Source of the DNA: Candidatus Doudnabacteria bacterium
GTDB lineage: Bacteria; Patescibacteriota; Doudnabacteria; UBA920; VMFF01
Length of the DNA stretch: 64,000 nucleotides
NCBI GenBank assembly: GCA_028286905.1
Contig: JAQBQP010000001.1
Coordinates: 143,114-207,113 of the forward strand
Direction: 5' to 3'
Of this stretch, positions 40,814-50,868 are shown one piece after another (the first letter of the stretch is position 1; each line of letters begins with the position of its first letter). The position numbers and the translations under genes were made by a program. A model generated the notes under the pieces. It saw only the letters and a program-made list of their open reading frames with translations. It ran no database searches and was not told the DNA's origin.

Positions 40814-41431
40814 TTATATTCTAACTTTTACACCAAGTTTTTTCAAGGCTTTAATAACCGCCGGAACATTCCCCGTAAAACGGATTGTATGCCAGCCAAT
40901 TTTCTTTGGCTCTACTAAGTTATAAATCCGATCGTCTATAAAGACTATCTCCTCAGGTTTAGCTTTAAGCTTCTTTGTTACATATTCGTAAATTTCACTG
41001 CCAGGCTTGCGCAGTTTAATCTCGGCAGAGTTAAACATTTTAAATTTATTAAAACTGACCTTTAAATTATTAGCCATTTTTTCTGGCCAGCCTTTTTGAT
41101 TATTTGTCAGAATTGCTATCGGGTAATCTCTTGTTAAGCTTGTTGCTAGTTTCCACATTGGTTTTATTAAAGCAGAACTGGTTAGAAATGTTTCCACTTC
41201 TGTTTCTGTGAGCGAAAGGTCGAAGCTTCGAATAATTGTTTTTAACAATTCTCGAACTGGCTTATCTCCACGTTCCGTTTGGTGGATCATGCCTTTGTAT
41301 TCATCTCGGGCATCGTCCGAAAGTTTGTTTAGATGAAAGACTTTTTCGAAAACAAATTCCGTATCGACAATTAAAACATTGCCGATGTCGAAAATTATAT
41401 ATTTGATTACCGTTGGTTCTTTGGTCTTCAT
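40814..41431 (-). CDS. HAD-superfamily hydrolase (subfamily IA-like)
   Basis: Motif I FDIGNV(L), motif II ILTN, C-terminal K...IDD. Confidence 0.55.
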   Translation of the reverse strand: MKTKEPTVIKYIIFDIGNVLIVDTEFVFEKVFHLNKLSDDARDEYKGMIHQTERGDKPVRELLKTIIRSFDLSLTETEVETFLTSSALIKPMWKLATSLTRDYPIAILTNNQKGWPEKMANNLKVSFNKFKMFNSAEIKLRKPGSEIYEYVTKKLKAKPEEIVFIDDRIYNLVEPKKIGWHTIRFTGNVPAVIKALKKLGVKVRI

Positions 41432-41463
41432 AAAGCTAAAGGAGGTGTTTCCACCTCCTTAGT

Positions 41464-43926
41464 CTACTGCATTATTGTGCTAGAAGCTACTCTGTCTCCC
41501 GGATCCAAACGCATTATTCGAACGCCTTGGGTCGCTCTGCCTAAGGTAGAGATATTTCCCAGCTTCGTTCGTAACGCTTGTCCGCTCTGGGAAAGCATTA
41601 CTAGGTCATGCTCTTCACTACCGGAAATAATATGCATTGAAATAATTTTTCCAGTTTTGTCTGTAATCTTTAAAGTCTTGATTCCAGACCCGCCTCGCTT
41701 TTGAATCTTATAAAACTCTAAATCAGTTTTTTTACCAAGACCATTCTCAGTAACGATCAGTACTTGAAGATCTTTAACATTTCGATCTTTACTAATCAAA
41801 TCCATGCTCATTAACAGGTCTTTACCTTTCATGCGCATTCCGCGAACACCAGCTGCTCCTCTGCCCATTGGGCGGATATCTTTTTCGCTAAAGCGAATTG
41901 CTTGGCCGAGCTCAGTTGAAAGCATAATTTGGTCGTCACCATTCGAGAATCGAACCCACTTTAATTCATCATCGCCTTTTAACTTAATCGCGATCATTCC
42001 GGATCTGCGAACCTTAGCAAAAGCATCACGCTCAACTTTTTTAATTAAACCTTGCTTAGTCGCCATTACCAAGTATTTTGCAGGGTTCTTTTTGGATTGA
42101 GCTAAAATTGCGGTGGTGTACTCTCCCGCAGAAAGCTGCAAGAAGTTTACAAGCGCCTGCCCTTTGGCAACACGAGAGCTTTCTGGAATTTCATAAACCT
42201 TAGTTTGGAAAACCCGGCCCTTGTTGGTATAAAAGCTAATGTCGTCATGAGTGTTTGCGCTCAAAATATTGTCTACGACATCTTCTTCTTTAGTAGTCAT
42301 ACCAATTACGCCCTTGCCACCTCTGCCTTGAGCCTTATAGACGTCTGGTGCCATACGCTTGATGTAGCCGGACTTGGTAGTTGCGATCATGACGTTTTCT
42401 TCAGGGATCAAGTCCTCTGCTTTAAACTGTCCGATTGGAGAAGCAATAACTGCGGTGCGACGTTCATCACCAAACTTCTCTTTCATTTCGACTACTTCTT
42501 TTTTAATGATCCCAAAAATTTTCTTTGGAGATTTTAGGATATCTTCTAATTCAGCAATAAGTTTACGCTTCTCTTCTAACTCATCTTCAATTCTTTTTCT
42601 TTCCAAGCCAGCAAGGGTCTGTAAGCGCATGTCTAAGATTGCACGGGTTTGAATCTCAGAAAGTTTAAACTTCTTGATTAAGTTTACAAACGCTTCTTCC
42701 TTAGTGGGAGATTTTTTGATAACCTGAATCACTTCGTCGATATGGTCTAGGGCGATGCTTAAACCTTCTAAAATGTGAGCACGGTCTTTAGCTTTTTGTA
42801 ATTCAAATTCTGTGCGACGACGGATAACAATTTGGCGGTGTTCAAGGTACTTTTGTAAGATCGTATGTAAATTCAAAACCATTGGTTCAATACCATCCAC
42901 CAAAGCTAGCATGTTCATGTGGAAAGTTTCTTGCAGTTGGCTGTAGCTAAATAGTTGGTTCAAAATTTTGTTTGGAAGCGCATCTTTTTTTAAATCGACT
43001 ACAACACGCACGCCGTCTTTATCAGACTCGTCACGTACATCGCGGATTCCTTCTACTTTTTTATCACGAACTAAATCCGCAAACTTTTGCAGCAGAGTCG
43101 CCTTGTTTACCCGATAAGGAATTTCATTGATGATAATTTGGAAAGCACCGGTCTTAGTTTCTACGATTTCCGTTTTAGCACGCATGACAATACTGCCTTT
43201 ACCTGTGGCATAAGCGGCGCGAATAGCAGCGACATCGTAAATAATTCCGCCAGTTGGGAAATCCGGACCTTTAACAAATTCTAATAAATCTTCAGTAGTC
43301 GCTTTTGGGTTATCTATTAAAGTAATAATGGCATCACAAAGTTCGTGCAAATTATGTGGGGGAATGTCTGTGGCCATACCTACGGCAATTCCAAGCGTTC
43401 CGTTCAATAAAAGATTTGGCAGTTTTCCTGGCAAAACTGAAGGTTCTTGTTTTCTGCCATCATAGTTGTCTCTAAAATCTACCGTAGCTTTGTCGATGTC
43501 TGTCAGTAGCTCTTCAGCGATATGGCTCATTCTAGCCTCGGTATAACGATATGCAGCCGCGCCGTCGCCATCCATGCTACCGAAGTTTCCTTGGCCGTCT
43601 ACTAATGGATAGCGCATCGCAAAGTCTTGAGCCATATGCACCATCGAATCGTAAACAGCAGCATCACCGTGCGGGTGGTAGCTACCTAAAACTTCTCCGA
43701 CCACGGTCGCAGATTTTCTATATTTTGCAGTATGCGTTAAGCCCAGTTCGTGCATTGAATATAAAATTCTACGATGCACGGGTTTCAAGCCATCACGAAC
43801 ATCGGGTAAAGCACGATCAACAATTACGCTCATCGCGTAATCAAGGAAGCTTTCCTGCATTTCTGATTCAATCGTTCTCTGACGGAGCAGTCCGATTTCA
43901 GAAGTATTTTTCTTATCTTCAGCCAT
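41464..43926 (-). CDS. gyrA: DNA gyrase subunit A
   Basis: 820 aa with an AAMRYTE active-site tyrosine region and C-terminal beta-pinwheel repeats. Confidence 0.95.
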   Translation of the reverse strand: MAEDKKNTSEIGLLRQRTIESEMQESFLDYAMSVIVDRALPDVRDGLKPVHRRILYSMHELGLTHTAKYRKSATVVGEVLGSYHPHGDAAVYDSMVHMAQDFAMRYPLVDGQGNFGSMDGDGAAAYRYTEARMSHIAEELLTDIDKATVDFRDNYDGRKQEPSVLPGKLPNLLLNGTLGIAVGMATDIPPHNLHELCDAIITLIDNPKATTEDLLEFVKGPDFPTGGIIYDVAAIRAAYATGKGSIVMRAKTEIVETKTGAFQIIINEIPYRVNKATLLQKFADLVRDKKVEGIRDVRDESDKDGVRVVVDLKKDALPNKILNQLFSYSQLQETFHMNMLALVDGIEPMVLNLHTILQKYLEHRQIVIRRRTEFELQKAKDRAHILEGLSIALDHIDEVIQVIKKSPTKEEAFVNLIKKFKLSEIQTRAILDMRLQTLAGLERKRIEDELEEKRKLIAELEDILKSPKKIFGIIKKEVVEMKEKFGDERRTAVIASPIGQFKAEDLIPEENVMIATTKSGYIKRMAPDVYKAQGRGGKGVIGMTTKEEDVVDNILSANTHDDISFYTNKGRVFQTKVYEIPESSRVAKGQALVNFLQLSAGEYTTAILAQSKKNPAKYLVMATKQGLIKKVERDAFAKVRRSGMIAIKLKGDDELKWVRFSNGDDQIMLSTELGQAIRFSEKDIRPMGRGAAGVRGMRMKGKDLLMSMDLISKDRNVKDLQVLIVTENGLGKKTDLEFYKIQKRGGSGIKTLKITDKTGKIISMHIISGSEEHDLVMLSQSGQALRTKLGNISTLGRATQGVRIMRLDPGDRVASSTIMQ

Positions 43927-43929
43927 AAA

Positions 43930-44145
43930 TTATTGATTATTAGTATTTGGATTATCTAGTTTGAAACTCTTTATGCCTGTGCCAATTGTTTTAAACAAGT
44001 CAGTGTTCTTTTTGGTTGAGTCGTTATAGCGTCCAACCAAAATCCATAAGATTATTAGAACCACAGCTGCTATCGCGGTGATTTGCCAAATCAATTTAAT
44101 TTTTTCTTCGCGAGATTTTTTTCGAACGTTTTCTAGCCAAGCCAT
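43930..44145 (-). CDS. small single-TM protein
   Basis: 71 aa with one hydrophobic helix. Tight spacing suggests an operon with gyrA. Confidence 0.3.
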   Translation of the reverse strand: MAWLENVRKKSREEKIKLIWQITAIAAVVLIILWILVGRYNDSTKKNTDLFKTIGTGIKSFKLDNPNTNNQ

Positions 44146-44148
44146 TTT

Positions 44149-44781
44149 TTACCTCAAAGGTTCTAAGACTATTACTCTTATTGGTGCATCTGCAACAAAT
44201 TCTTTTTTCTTGATGCTTAGCTTTTCCATTGTCTCTGCCTTGCCACCCATTTCTTTTAAGAACTTTTCTTCGCTTGCCGCATCAATCTTTAAACCATTCA
44301 TTTTATAATGCATTGGAATTACAATCTTTGGTTCGATAAAGTTCACGGTCTTTGCTGCTTCATCGTATTCGAGTACATCTCCACCGCCAATTGGTATTAA
44401 GAGAATATCCACTTCACCAATGTCTTCAATTTCATCCTGGGTCAATGCCAATTTTTTGATGTGCGCCATGAACAGGATTTTAATTCCTTCTAACTCTATT
44501 AAATAAATCGTAATAACTTTGCCGTCTTTATCTTTTACCGGAATTCCAGTAATAGTATGTTCTTTAACATCATATTCTCCAGGGCCATCCACTATAAATG
44601 GTTCGCCAGAAATGCTGGATGAATAAGAGTAAAGCTCATTATCCTTCTCCGATAAAATTAAAAGATCGGCATTCCCTCTTGGAGGGGTAAGGCCGGATTC
44701 TTTGGAGAACGGGTCAAGGATTGAGGTAGTATCTTTGGAAGAAAACTTGAACGAGCTGAGCCCGAAATATTGGATTTGCAT
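44149..44781 (-). CDS. metallo-beta-lactamase-fold hydrolase
   Basis: About 210 aa with a beta-lactamase-like fold pattern (HxHxD region is weak). Low specificity. Confidence 0.4.
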   Translation of the reverse strand: MQIQYFGLSSFKFSSKDTTSILDPFSKESGLTPPRGNADLLILSEKDNELYSYSSSISGEPFIVDGPGEYDVKEHTITGIPVKDKDGKVITIYLIELEGIKILFMAHIKKLALTQDEIEDIGEVDILLIPIGGGDVLEYDEAAKTVNFIEPKIVIPMHYKMNGLKIDAASEEKFLKEMGGKAETMEKLSIKKKEFVADAPIRVIVLEPLR

Positions 44782-44848
44782 GTCCTTATTTTAACAAAAA
44801 ACGAGCTAATTTGGAAGGCTTAAAAAGCCTATAAAACTAAACGGACTC

Positions 44849-45424
44849 TTATTCAGAGTCCGTTCGGGTTAAAGGTTCGAGATCAATACCACAGAGCGTA
44901 CAATAGCCTTCGTACTGAAGAAAAATTGCGCGCGGGTGACCAGCTCGGCACTCGATCATTCGATGGTGTGCCAGGCTCCTGCCGTTCAGCGCCAAGAAGA
45001 CTTTGTGTGCGAAATGCGCGTTCTTTTCACCGCAGCATTCGCAGAATCGGCAATCGGCTTGGACCTGCTCACCGCACGAAGGCTCTTCGCACAAGGTGGT
45101 TTGTCCATACTGCCCGAGAGCGTAGAGGTGTCCCCTCAATGTATCGTGATTAGGCGCGTTCGCGGTGTCGCCAGCCGCTTGCTCAAGCTCTTGGATTTTT
45201 TTCTCAACGAAGGCATTTGATTTTTTCAGCCGGCTAGCAATAACCGCTGATTCAATCCCTTCAGAATGCATTCGAAGAATAAGAAAATCTTCGGCTGGAA
45301 TTGTTCGCGCCAGTTCCCAGCACTTTCGACTGAGTTCCTGGAAGAGCATCTCAATCTCATCATCGAGAAGAGAGTCCTGGTCGTCCTCATTGTTCTCCTC
45401 GGGTTCGGGGTCTATCCAAGTCAT
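44849..45424 (-). CDS. sigma-70 region-4-like HTH + zinc-ribbon protein, paralogue 1 (GC-rich islet)
   Basis: Start MTWIDPEPEE overlaps the upstream stop as ATGA. Sigma4-like FLILRMHSEGIESAVIASRL. C-terminal CxxCG...CxxCG, GHP, GYCxLCG. The stop is embedded in a terminator hairpin. Confidence 0.5.
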   Translation of the reverse strand: MTWIDPEPEENNEDDQDSLLDDEIEMLFQELSRKCWELARTIPAEDFLILRMHSEGIESAVIASRLKKSNAFVEKKIQELEQAAGDTANAPNHDTLRGHLYALGQYGQTTLCEEPSCGEQVQADCRFCECCGEKNAHFAHKVFLALNGRSLAHHRMIECRAGHPRAIFLQYEGYCTLCGIDLEPLTRTDSE

Positions 45425-46077
45425 AATTCCTCGTCGTTTTCGAATTGCCCAAGGATCGGCGCGAGATCTGTGCCGCACAGATTGCAATACCCGACGCACC
45501 GATACTTAATCGCTATTGGGTGGCCAACATGGCATTCACCAGCGCACTCTTCTTCATATGAGTTGCCTCGTACTTGAAGAAAGATCCGAGCGTCGAACTC
45601 GCTATTTGGCTTACCGCACTGGACGCAGTACTTAAGGTCTTCGTGCTGGAAAAAGCCGCAATTTGAACAGCGAGTTTGATAGCCGTATTCAGCTAAGGCA
45701 TGCATTGCTTCATCAAGGTTTGGCACCCAACGCAGCAGGTGTACAGTGGCAATGCGTTCTGCCGAGGCGCGAACCCCGGCAATTTCCTCAGGCGTAATAC
45801 TCAGCCTGTTTGCAATTTGATCTTCCGACAGAAATGTCAGTAGCCGAAGGATCAAAAACGCGTCTTCTCTAAGCAAGGCTGCCGCTGCAGCCGCTCGCTC
45901 CCGTACAATCTGCTCGTTCTTTTCTGCGCGCTTGAATTTCTCGAATGTTTGGGGTTGTCCAGGTTCTGCCCCTGTCGACTCGTCTGACTTGAAGATTTTG
46001 AACGAATCTGAGTGTATTCCCTCGGGGTTCCAGGCGTTGTCGTCTGAATTTTCCCAAGGATCTCTTTCCTTTTTCAT
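45421..46077 (-). CDS. sigma-70 region-4-like HTH + zinc-ribbon protein, paralogue 2 (GC-rich islet)
   Basis: GGAGG SD 4 nt before MKKERDPW. Acidic N-terminus. Sigma4-like LREDAFLILRLLTFLSEDQIANRLSITPEEIAGVRASAERI. C-terminal CSNCG...CVQCG, ECAGECHVGHP, GYCNLCG. Confidence 0.5.
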   Translation of the reverse strand: MKKERDPWENSDDNAWNPEGIHSDSFKIFKSDESTGAEPGQPQTFEKFKRAEKNEQIVRERAAAAAALLREDAFLILRLLTFLSEDQIANRLSITPEEIAGVRASAERIATVHLLRWVPNLDEAMHALAEYGYQTRCSNCGFFQHEDLKYCVQCGKPNSEFDARIFLQVRGNSYEEECAGECHVGHPIAIKYRCVGYCNLCGTDLAPILGQFENDEEL

Positions 46078-46125
46078 ACATCCTCCGGGAAGTTGGTTGA
46101 ATCTAGTATACATCCATTAAAACCT

Positions 46126-46155
46126 CTTGCCAAAGACCCTGCCTTCGCCTATACT
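46126..46155 (-). promoter_or_regulatory. sigma70-type promoter for the paralogue pair (minus strand TTGGCA-17-TATACT)
   Basis: Seen in sequence in the AT-rich flank upstream of paralogue 2. Confidence 0.4.
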
Positions 46156-46296
46156 ACCACTACTTAATGACTCGGCGCGTTAACTCAATAATTAACAATT
46201 CATTAAGTCTTAGAAATAAGCGCGCTATTAAGAATTAACCAATTAAATAGATTTTCTAAATCTATCTCAGGTTAATTCTGGGATTTTATTATATAT

Positions 46297-47490
46297 ATGG
46301 CAGATATCCAAACAATGAACGATTTACTCCAAAGCGGAGTTGAAATCAAAGTATTAAAGCCTGGTGACATGATTGCCGGCAAGATTCTAACAGTAGGTAA
46401 AAATGAAGTTTATGTAGATATTGAAGGTTACGGCATTGGTGTGGTTCGTGGTCGTGAATTATACGATGATGAAGCTACCCTATCGAACTTAAAAGCTGGT
46501 GCTGAAGTTTACGCTTCAGTAGTGGAAACTGAAAACAAAGATGGCAATATTGAATTGTCATTCAGACAAGCTGGTCAGGAAAGAGTATGGACCACTCTTC
46601 AAGATAAATTGACTACTAAAGAAGTTATTAGAACAAAGATCTTGGAAGCAAACAAAGGTGGTTTGATGGTAGAGATTAACAATGTTGTTGGCTTCTTGCC
46701 AGTATCTCAACTTGCTACCGAACACTACCCTCGCGTAGAAGACGGCGACAAGAACAAGATTCTTTCAGTATTGAACAGCTATGTTGGTACAATGTTTGAT
46801 GTTCAAATTATCACAGCTGATCAACAAGAAGAAAAGTTGATCGTTTCTGAAAAAGCGGTTTTTGAAAAAGAATTGCAAGACAGAATCAGCAAACTTAAAA
46901 TTGGTGATACAGTTACCGGAACAGTTTCAGGTATCGTCGACTTCGGTGTGTTTGTGAAGTTTGGTGAACTTGAAGGTTTGGTACACATTTCTGAATTGGC
47001 TTGGCAAAGAATCGAACACCCAAAAGATATTGTAAAAGTTGGTCAAGAAGTTAAATGTATCGTAATTGGTTTGGACAAAGGTAGAATTTCTTTGTCGATG
47101 AAGCAATTAGAAAAAGATCCATGGCAGGATTCAGTAAAGAAATATCAAATTGGTCAGGTTGTTAAAGGTAAAGTTTCTAAGGTAATGCCATTCGGCGTAT
47201 TCGTAGAACTTGATGATCAAATTCAAGGCCTTGCTCATTTGATGGAACTTTCCCACGACGAAGTTAAAAATCCAGAAGATATCTTAAAAGTTGGTGACAA
47301 AAAAGAATTTAAAATTATCTCAATTGAACCGCAAGAGCATAGATTAGGACTGTCTATTAAAGCGCTTCATGAAAAGCCAGCTGCCAAAGAAGATAAAGCA
47401 GCGGACAAAGACGCAGAAGTTAAAGAAGAAATGAAAGAAGAGCAGGCGGAAGTAGAAGAAGAAAAAATGGAAGAGTCAAAGCCTGAATAA
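46297..47490 (+). CDS. rpsA: 30S ribosomal protein S1 (four S1 domains)
   Basis: Repeated S1 OB-fold motifs (G..V.G.V..I..FG.FV) and an acidic C-terminus. Confidence 0.85.
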   Translation: MADIQTMNDLLQSGVEIKVLKPGDMIAGKILTVGKNEVYVDIEGYGIGVVRGRELYDDEATLSNLKAGAEVYASVVETENKDGNIELSFRQAGQERVWTTLQDKLTTKEVIRTKILEANKGGLMVEINNVVGFLPVSQLATEHYPRVEDGDKNKILSVLNSYVGTMFDVQIITADQQEEKLIVSEKAVFEKELQDRISKLKIGDTVTGTVSGIVDFGVFVKFGELEGLVHISELAWQRIEHPKDIVKVGQEVKCIVIGLDKGRISLSMKQLEKDPWQDSVKKYQIGQVVKGKVSKVMPFGVFVELDDQIQGLAHLMELSHDEVKNPEDILKVGDKKEFKIISIEPQEHRLGLSIKALHEKPAAKEDKAADKDAEVKEEMKEEQAEVEEEKMEESKPE

Positions 47491-47502
47491 ATACAGTAAA
47501 TT

Positions 47503-47528
47503 AAATACCGCCCATAAGGCGGTATTTT
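47503..47528. terminator. bidirectional terminator (aaataccgcccataaggcggtatttttt)
   Basis: Seen in sequence. Confidence 0.6.
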
Positions 47529-47831
47529 TTATATTTCTAACCCCTGATTGATTTTTAAAAGTTTTTCAAAATTGTCATTCGGAGATGTTTTATTATTTTT
47601 TTCGTAACCACAAATAGTGCATTGGTGTTTGATTACATATTCACCATTTTTAAGAAATACTTGAACTGGTTTCATTAAGCCACCACAGCTACTAGCTCTA
47701 TCTCCGGGGTTAATATCTACGTGCTTGCTGTATAAGCAATTAGGGCAATGGTTGGTATAACCATCTCCTTTTACTAGATTGTTGCAATGCTCGCAAGTGA
47801 AGTTTTCAATTTTTCTGGTGAACTTTTTCAT
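47529..47831 (-). CDS. RNHCP-domain zinc-ribbon protein
   Basis: FTCEHCN...YTNHCPNC...CTICG, matching the RNHCP motif family. Confidence 0.45.
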   Translation of the reverse strand: MKKFTRKIENFTCEHCNNLVKGDGYTNHCPNCLYSKHVDINPGDRASSCGGLMKPVQVFLKNGEYVIKHQCTICGYEKNNKTSPNDNFEKLLKINQGLEI

Positions 47832-47861
47832 TTACAGTAGTTTAGCAAATTTACCATCTAT

Positions 47862-47892
47862 ATAAAAACAAGACCCGCTGACTTTCGCCAGC
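47862..47892. terminator. hairpin terminator (cccgctgactttcgccagcggg with U-rich tails on both strands)
   Basis: Seen in sequence, between the GC-rich gene and the RNHCP gene. Confidence 0.45.
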
Positions 47893-47951
47893 GGGTGCTT
47901 ATTTGTTTTTCCCTATCTTCCTCCGTCAAGATAAGGGAGACAATTTGTTCG

Positions 47952-48980
47952 TTACAGGATTTCGAGTTTTCGAGTGTTCATGTCCACTACCGCCGTGAGA
48001 ACTTCGAGATGTTTGAGCAGATCAGGCGTGTGAGCTTCGATTACGTCCCGTGCGTATGCGCTTAGGAACTTCGTCTTTTCAATTGCCAATTGGCGATCTG
48101 GACCTACCGGCTTGCGGTAAGCTGCGGAGGTCATCAAGACCAAACCATCTGCGCCGTTAACCCTGCCGGAGACGATGTTGTCCTGAAGCAGAATTGCCGC
48201 AGTCTTGATTGGTCCAGTTATGTCCGGTGAGTATGGGCCGACAAGAAAAGCGGCGTTGATCTCGTGTAGCCAATCGAACCCACTGCCGATACCAATCATC
48301 CACTCCTTGTGTTCTACTTCGGAGTTCGGGCGGTTCGATGCACGTATTTCCTTGATGTGCTTGAGGTTTCCTGCCAACAGCGGCAAAAAATCCGTTTGCA
48401 CTTGTTCAGGCATCGATGGGTACAGGCGCTTGATCAGGTCCTTTAATTCTGCGGATGACGCCGTTTCGTTCAGTTCGGACAGGTCGACACGTTCGCCATT
48501 TTCTCCGTGGAGGATTAGTGCATCCAGGTCGGTTTCGATTCCGCAGACAATTGAGGTTACAGCCTGACCTTTGAAGACAGTACTAATCTGTTGCTTCAGG
48601 GTGGCCATCTCCAAAAGTGCGGCGTCGGTGTTATAGTCGAAGCCTCTGCAACCGCGGTGTGCGTCTCCTCTGGAGAAATGGTAGGTTACCAAGACTAAAC
48701 ACGGTCTTGCTCGGCTGATTGCGTAGGATACCCATTCGTTGAGAGTGGTTTGGAAGTGAGCCCAGCCCAAGTTAAACCGACCACCGAGATTTCGGAACGG
48801 TCGGATTATGCCCAACGGAGTTTGTGTGATTATCGGCAAGTGAAGCCTGCCGTCCATGCATTTCAGCACGGCGATTTCCGTTGGATGCTGGCTGCGGTAC
48901 AAACTGCGATCCAGTGCTTGGTTGAGGAAGCTGGTTGAGCTACTTGCATTCAAATCAACGAGGTGTTTTATCCTATTCAA
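47952..48980 (-). CDS. hypothetical protein with beta-carbonic-anhydrase-like zinc-site motifs plus a roughly 140-aa C-terminal extension (GC-rich islet)
   Basis: TTG start with GGAGA SD at 6 nt. CMDGR (CxDxR), FRNLGG about 20 aa later (compare beta-CA VRNAGN), and HRGC (HxxC) about 67 aa after the first Cys. Confidence 0.4.
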   Translation of the reverse strand: MNRIKHLVDLNASSSTSFLNQALDRSLYRSQHPTEIAVLKCMDGRLHLPIITQTPLGIIRPFRNLGGRFNLGWAHFQTTLNEWVSYAISRARPCLVLVTYHFSRGDAHRGCRGFDYNTDAALLEMATLKQQISTVFKGQAVTSIVCGIETDLDALILHGENGERVDLSELNETASSAELKDLIKRLYPSMPEQVQTDFLPLLAGNLKHIKEIRASNRPNSEVEHKEWMIGIGSGFDWLHEINAAFLVGPYSPDITGPIKTAAILLQDNIVSGRVNGADGLVLMTSAAYRKPVGPDRQLAIEKTKFLSAYARDVIEAHTPDLLKHLEVLTAVVDMNTRKLEIL

Positions 48981-49117
48981 AGCTGTTCTCCTTTAGTGAT
49001 CTTATTGTTTCCCTTCTACCCGCGTGGGTAGGAAAATATATTAGCAAAAATATTTAGAATTGAAAAGTTTCAAATAAAATAGCGATCACAAAATGTGCCG
49101 CTATCTAAAAATTAACT

Positions 49118-49204
49118 TGGTGCCTGGGGCGGGAATCGAACCCGCAAGCCCTTACGAGCAAGGGATTTTAAGTCCCTCGTGTATACCAATTCCACCACCC
49201 AGGC
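49118..49204 (-). tRNA. tRNA-Leu (anticodon UAA), long variable arm
   Basis: Hand-folded. Anticodon arm AGGGA-CUUAAAA-UCCCU. CCA encoded. Confidence 0.8.
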
Positions 49205-49243
49205 TCGAATGTATTATTAAAAGTTTTTTGGCGTTGCCAAATT

Positions 49244-49318
<75 letters not shown>

Positions 49319-49334
49319 AAAAATGCTTTAATAT

Positions 49335-49363
49335 CTTAGCGAATAAAGCATTATTAATCAAGG
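49335..49363 (-). promoter_or_regulatory. sigma70-type promoter for the tRNA-Cys / tRNA-Leu unit (minus strand TTGATT-17-TAAGAT)
   Basis: Seen in sequence just upstream of tRNA-Cys. Confidence 0.4.
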
Positions 49364-49372
49364 CAAAAACAA

Positions 49373-49400
49373 AACTCCTCCGGAATACCGGAGGAGTTTA
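49373..49400 (-). terminator. intrinsic terminator (ctcctccgg...ccggaggag plus U-tract on minus strand)
   Basis: Seen in sequence downstream of the 49404..50012 gene. Confidence 0.55.
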
Positions 49401-49403
49401 AAA

Positions 49404-50012
49404 TTAACTTTCTTGTGGGAACTGTTGTTCGATTTTATTCAAATCTGTGTAAACGCTTTTAGTTGCTCTTATCCAGGAAGTACTTCTAGGATAAACGTAA
49501 ATTCCGTTCATCTTATCTAGTGTCCATCCATCATAACGCTTGCTTAAGAGTCCTTGTAAGTCGACAATCCAGTCAGCCTTGGTTTCGTATTTCTTCAAAC
49601 CAGCATAACCTTGGTCGTATCTTGCGTATATACCGCTACAGTTGTTGTAGTAACAGTGCTGTCCCATAGTGCTTTCCGCATTAGAGATCGCAATAATTGT
49701 TTTCCAGTCTTTTTGCGCTAATATTATGCCTGCGTAATCTGCTAACGGAGAATTTCTTTTTTCCAGGTATTCTGTTAGTAATGCCACCTGCTTATCAGCA
49801 TTTTCTTTTTTTATTTGGGAAATTTTATTTTCGGGACTCAGTAATGAATCCGGGTTTTCAGTTTTGATTTCAAAAACTTGGCTGTTTTCCTGACCAACGA
49901 TCTGGGCGTGAGCCTTAGCTACTGGAGTGATCCAAGGAACTAGAGATAACAGAGTTAATATAACTACTGTTTTATCTTTGGCAGATCGTAGGGCATTCAA
50001 AGAAGCGGTCAT
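49404..50012 (-). CDS. secreted/exported hypothetical protein
   Basis: N-terminal signal-like hydrophobic segment ...VVILTLLSLVPWITPVAKAHA. No diagnostic motif. Confidence 0.35.
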   Translation of the reverse strand: MTASLNALRSAKDKTVVILTLLSLVPWITPVAKAHAQIVGQENSQVFEIKTENPDSLLSPENKISQIKKENADKQVALLTEYLEKRNSPLADYAGIILAQKDWKTIIAISNAESTMGQHCYYNNCSGIYARYDQGYAGLKKYETKADWIVDLQGLLSKRYDGWTLDKMNGIYVYPRSTSWIRATKSVYTDLNKIEQQFPQES

Positions 50013-50221
50013 TTTATATGATCAATTCCTTTCTTCCCTAATATTTAGATTAAAGTGTGCAAAAGCCTACAATCAGGCTTTTAAAACCTTTTGCCGAGTT
50101 CTATCTCAGCAGAACCATACTTTATCATACTTAAGACCATTTGTCAAGGAGTTTGTCAAGATGACATTTAGGCCAAAAAATGGTCTAAAAAAGCAAAAAC
50201 CTCAATGAATCAGGTAAAAAT

Positions 50222-50256
50222 TGAAAGAAGCGCTCTACCGTAGGGGGTACGGGAGC
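50222..50256 (-). terminator. GC-rich hairpin terminator (gaagcgctc...gagcgcttc plus U-tract on minus strand)
   Basis: Seen in sequence. Confidence 0.5.
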
Positions 50257-50277
50257 GCTTCTGGGCGGTCGATGCGT

Positions 50278-50868
50278 TCATGCAATTTGCGGTAAGCCAG
50301 CAATGTGAAGGCGACGGAGCTGGGCAATATGTCTCACGATCTTGCCCATTAAGGTGTGGTGGATCCATTCCGGGGTATCCTTCGCGTTTACCAGCAAATA
50401 CCGGCCTTTTGGGTAGCGGGTTTTGCTAGCTACCAGGGCTTGCTCCTCTTTGGCGTAGTGGGCCATCACTTCACGGCCTCCTTTGCCATCGATCAGAAAG
50501 ACCACGGCCATTCCTTGCTCGTTAAGGAATTGAGCGTCCTTTAGGAGCTGGCCACAGCTACTGTCACAGAGGTCCACTATTGCAATAGATTCTGCACCCA
50601 AGCTCCCCTCGGCTACCAGCTCGGCTATGCCGGGGTGAACAGGCAGTGAAGGTTCCTTGCAAACCCTTTGCACAAAGATCGTGGTGAATCTCCCTATGTG
50701 CGGGTCGGTGGGAAGCTTAGCGATATCATCGCTTAGCCTCTTAAGGACTTTCATGTGGGCTCGCGAGGATGGCGATTCGGAGATGATTAGGATGACGCGT
50801 TCGCGGGCGCGCCTTTCTGGGTTCTCTCCACTGCGGGGTGTGATCCGCCGGTCGGAAAGCATCGACAT
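50278..50868 (-). CDS. hypothetical alpha/beta protein (GC-rich islet)
   Basis: GGAGGAG SD 6-7 nt before MSMLSDRR. Alternating hydrophobic strands (RVILIISES, IAIVDLCDSSCG, MAVVFLIDGKGG) suggest a Rossmann/flavodoxin-like fold. Family not recognised. Confidence 0.35.
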   Translation of the reverse strand: MSMLSDRRITPRSGENPERRARERVILIISESPSSRAHMKVLKRLSDDIAKLPTDPHIGRFTTIFVQRVCKEPSLPVHPGIAELVAEGSLGAESIAIVDLCDSSCGQLLKDAQFLNEQGMAVVFLIDGKGGREVMAHYAKEEQALVASKTRYPKGRYLLVNAKDTPEWIHHTLMGKIVRHIAQLRRLHIAGLPQIA

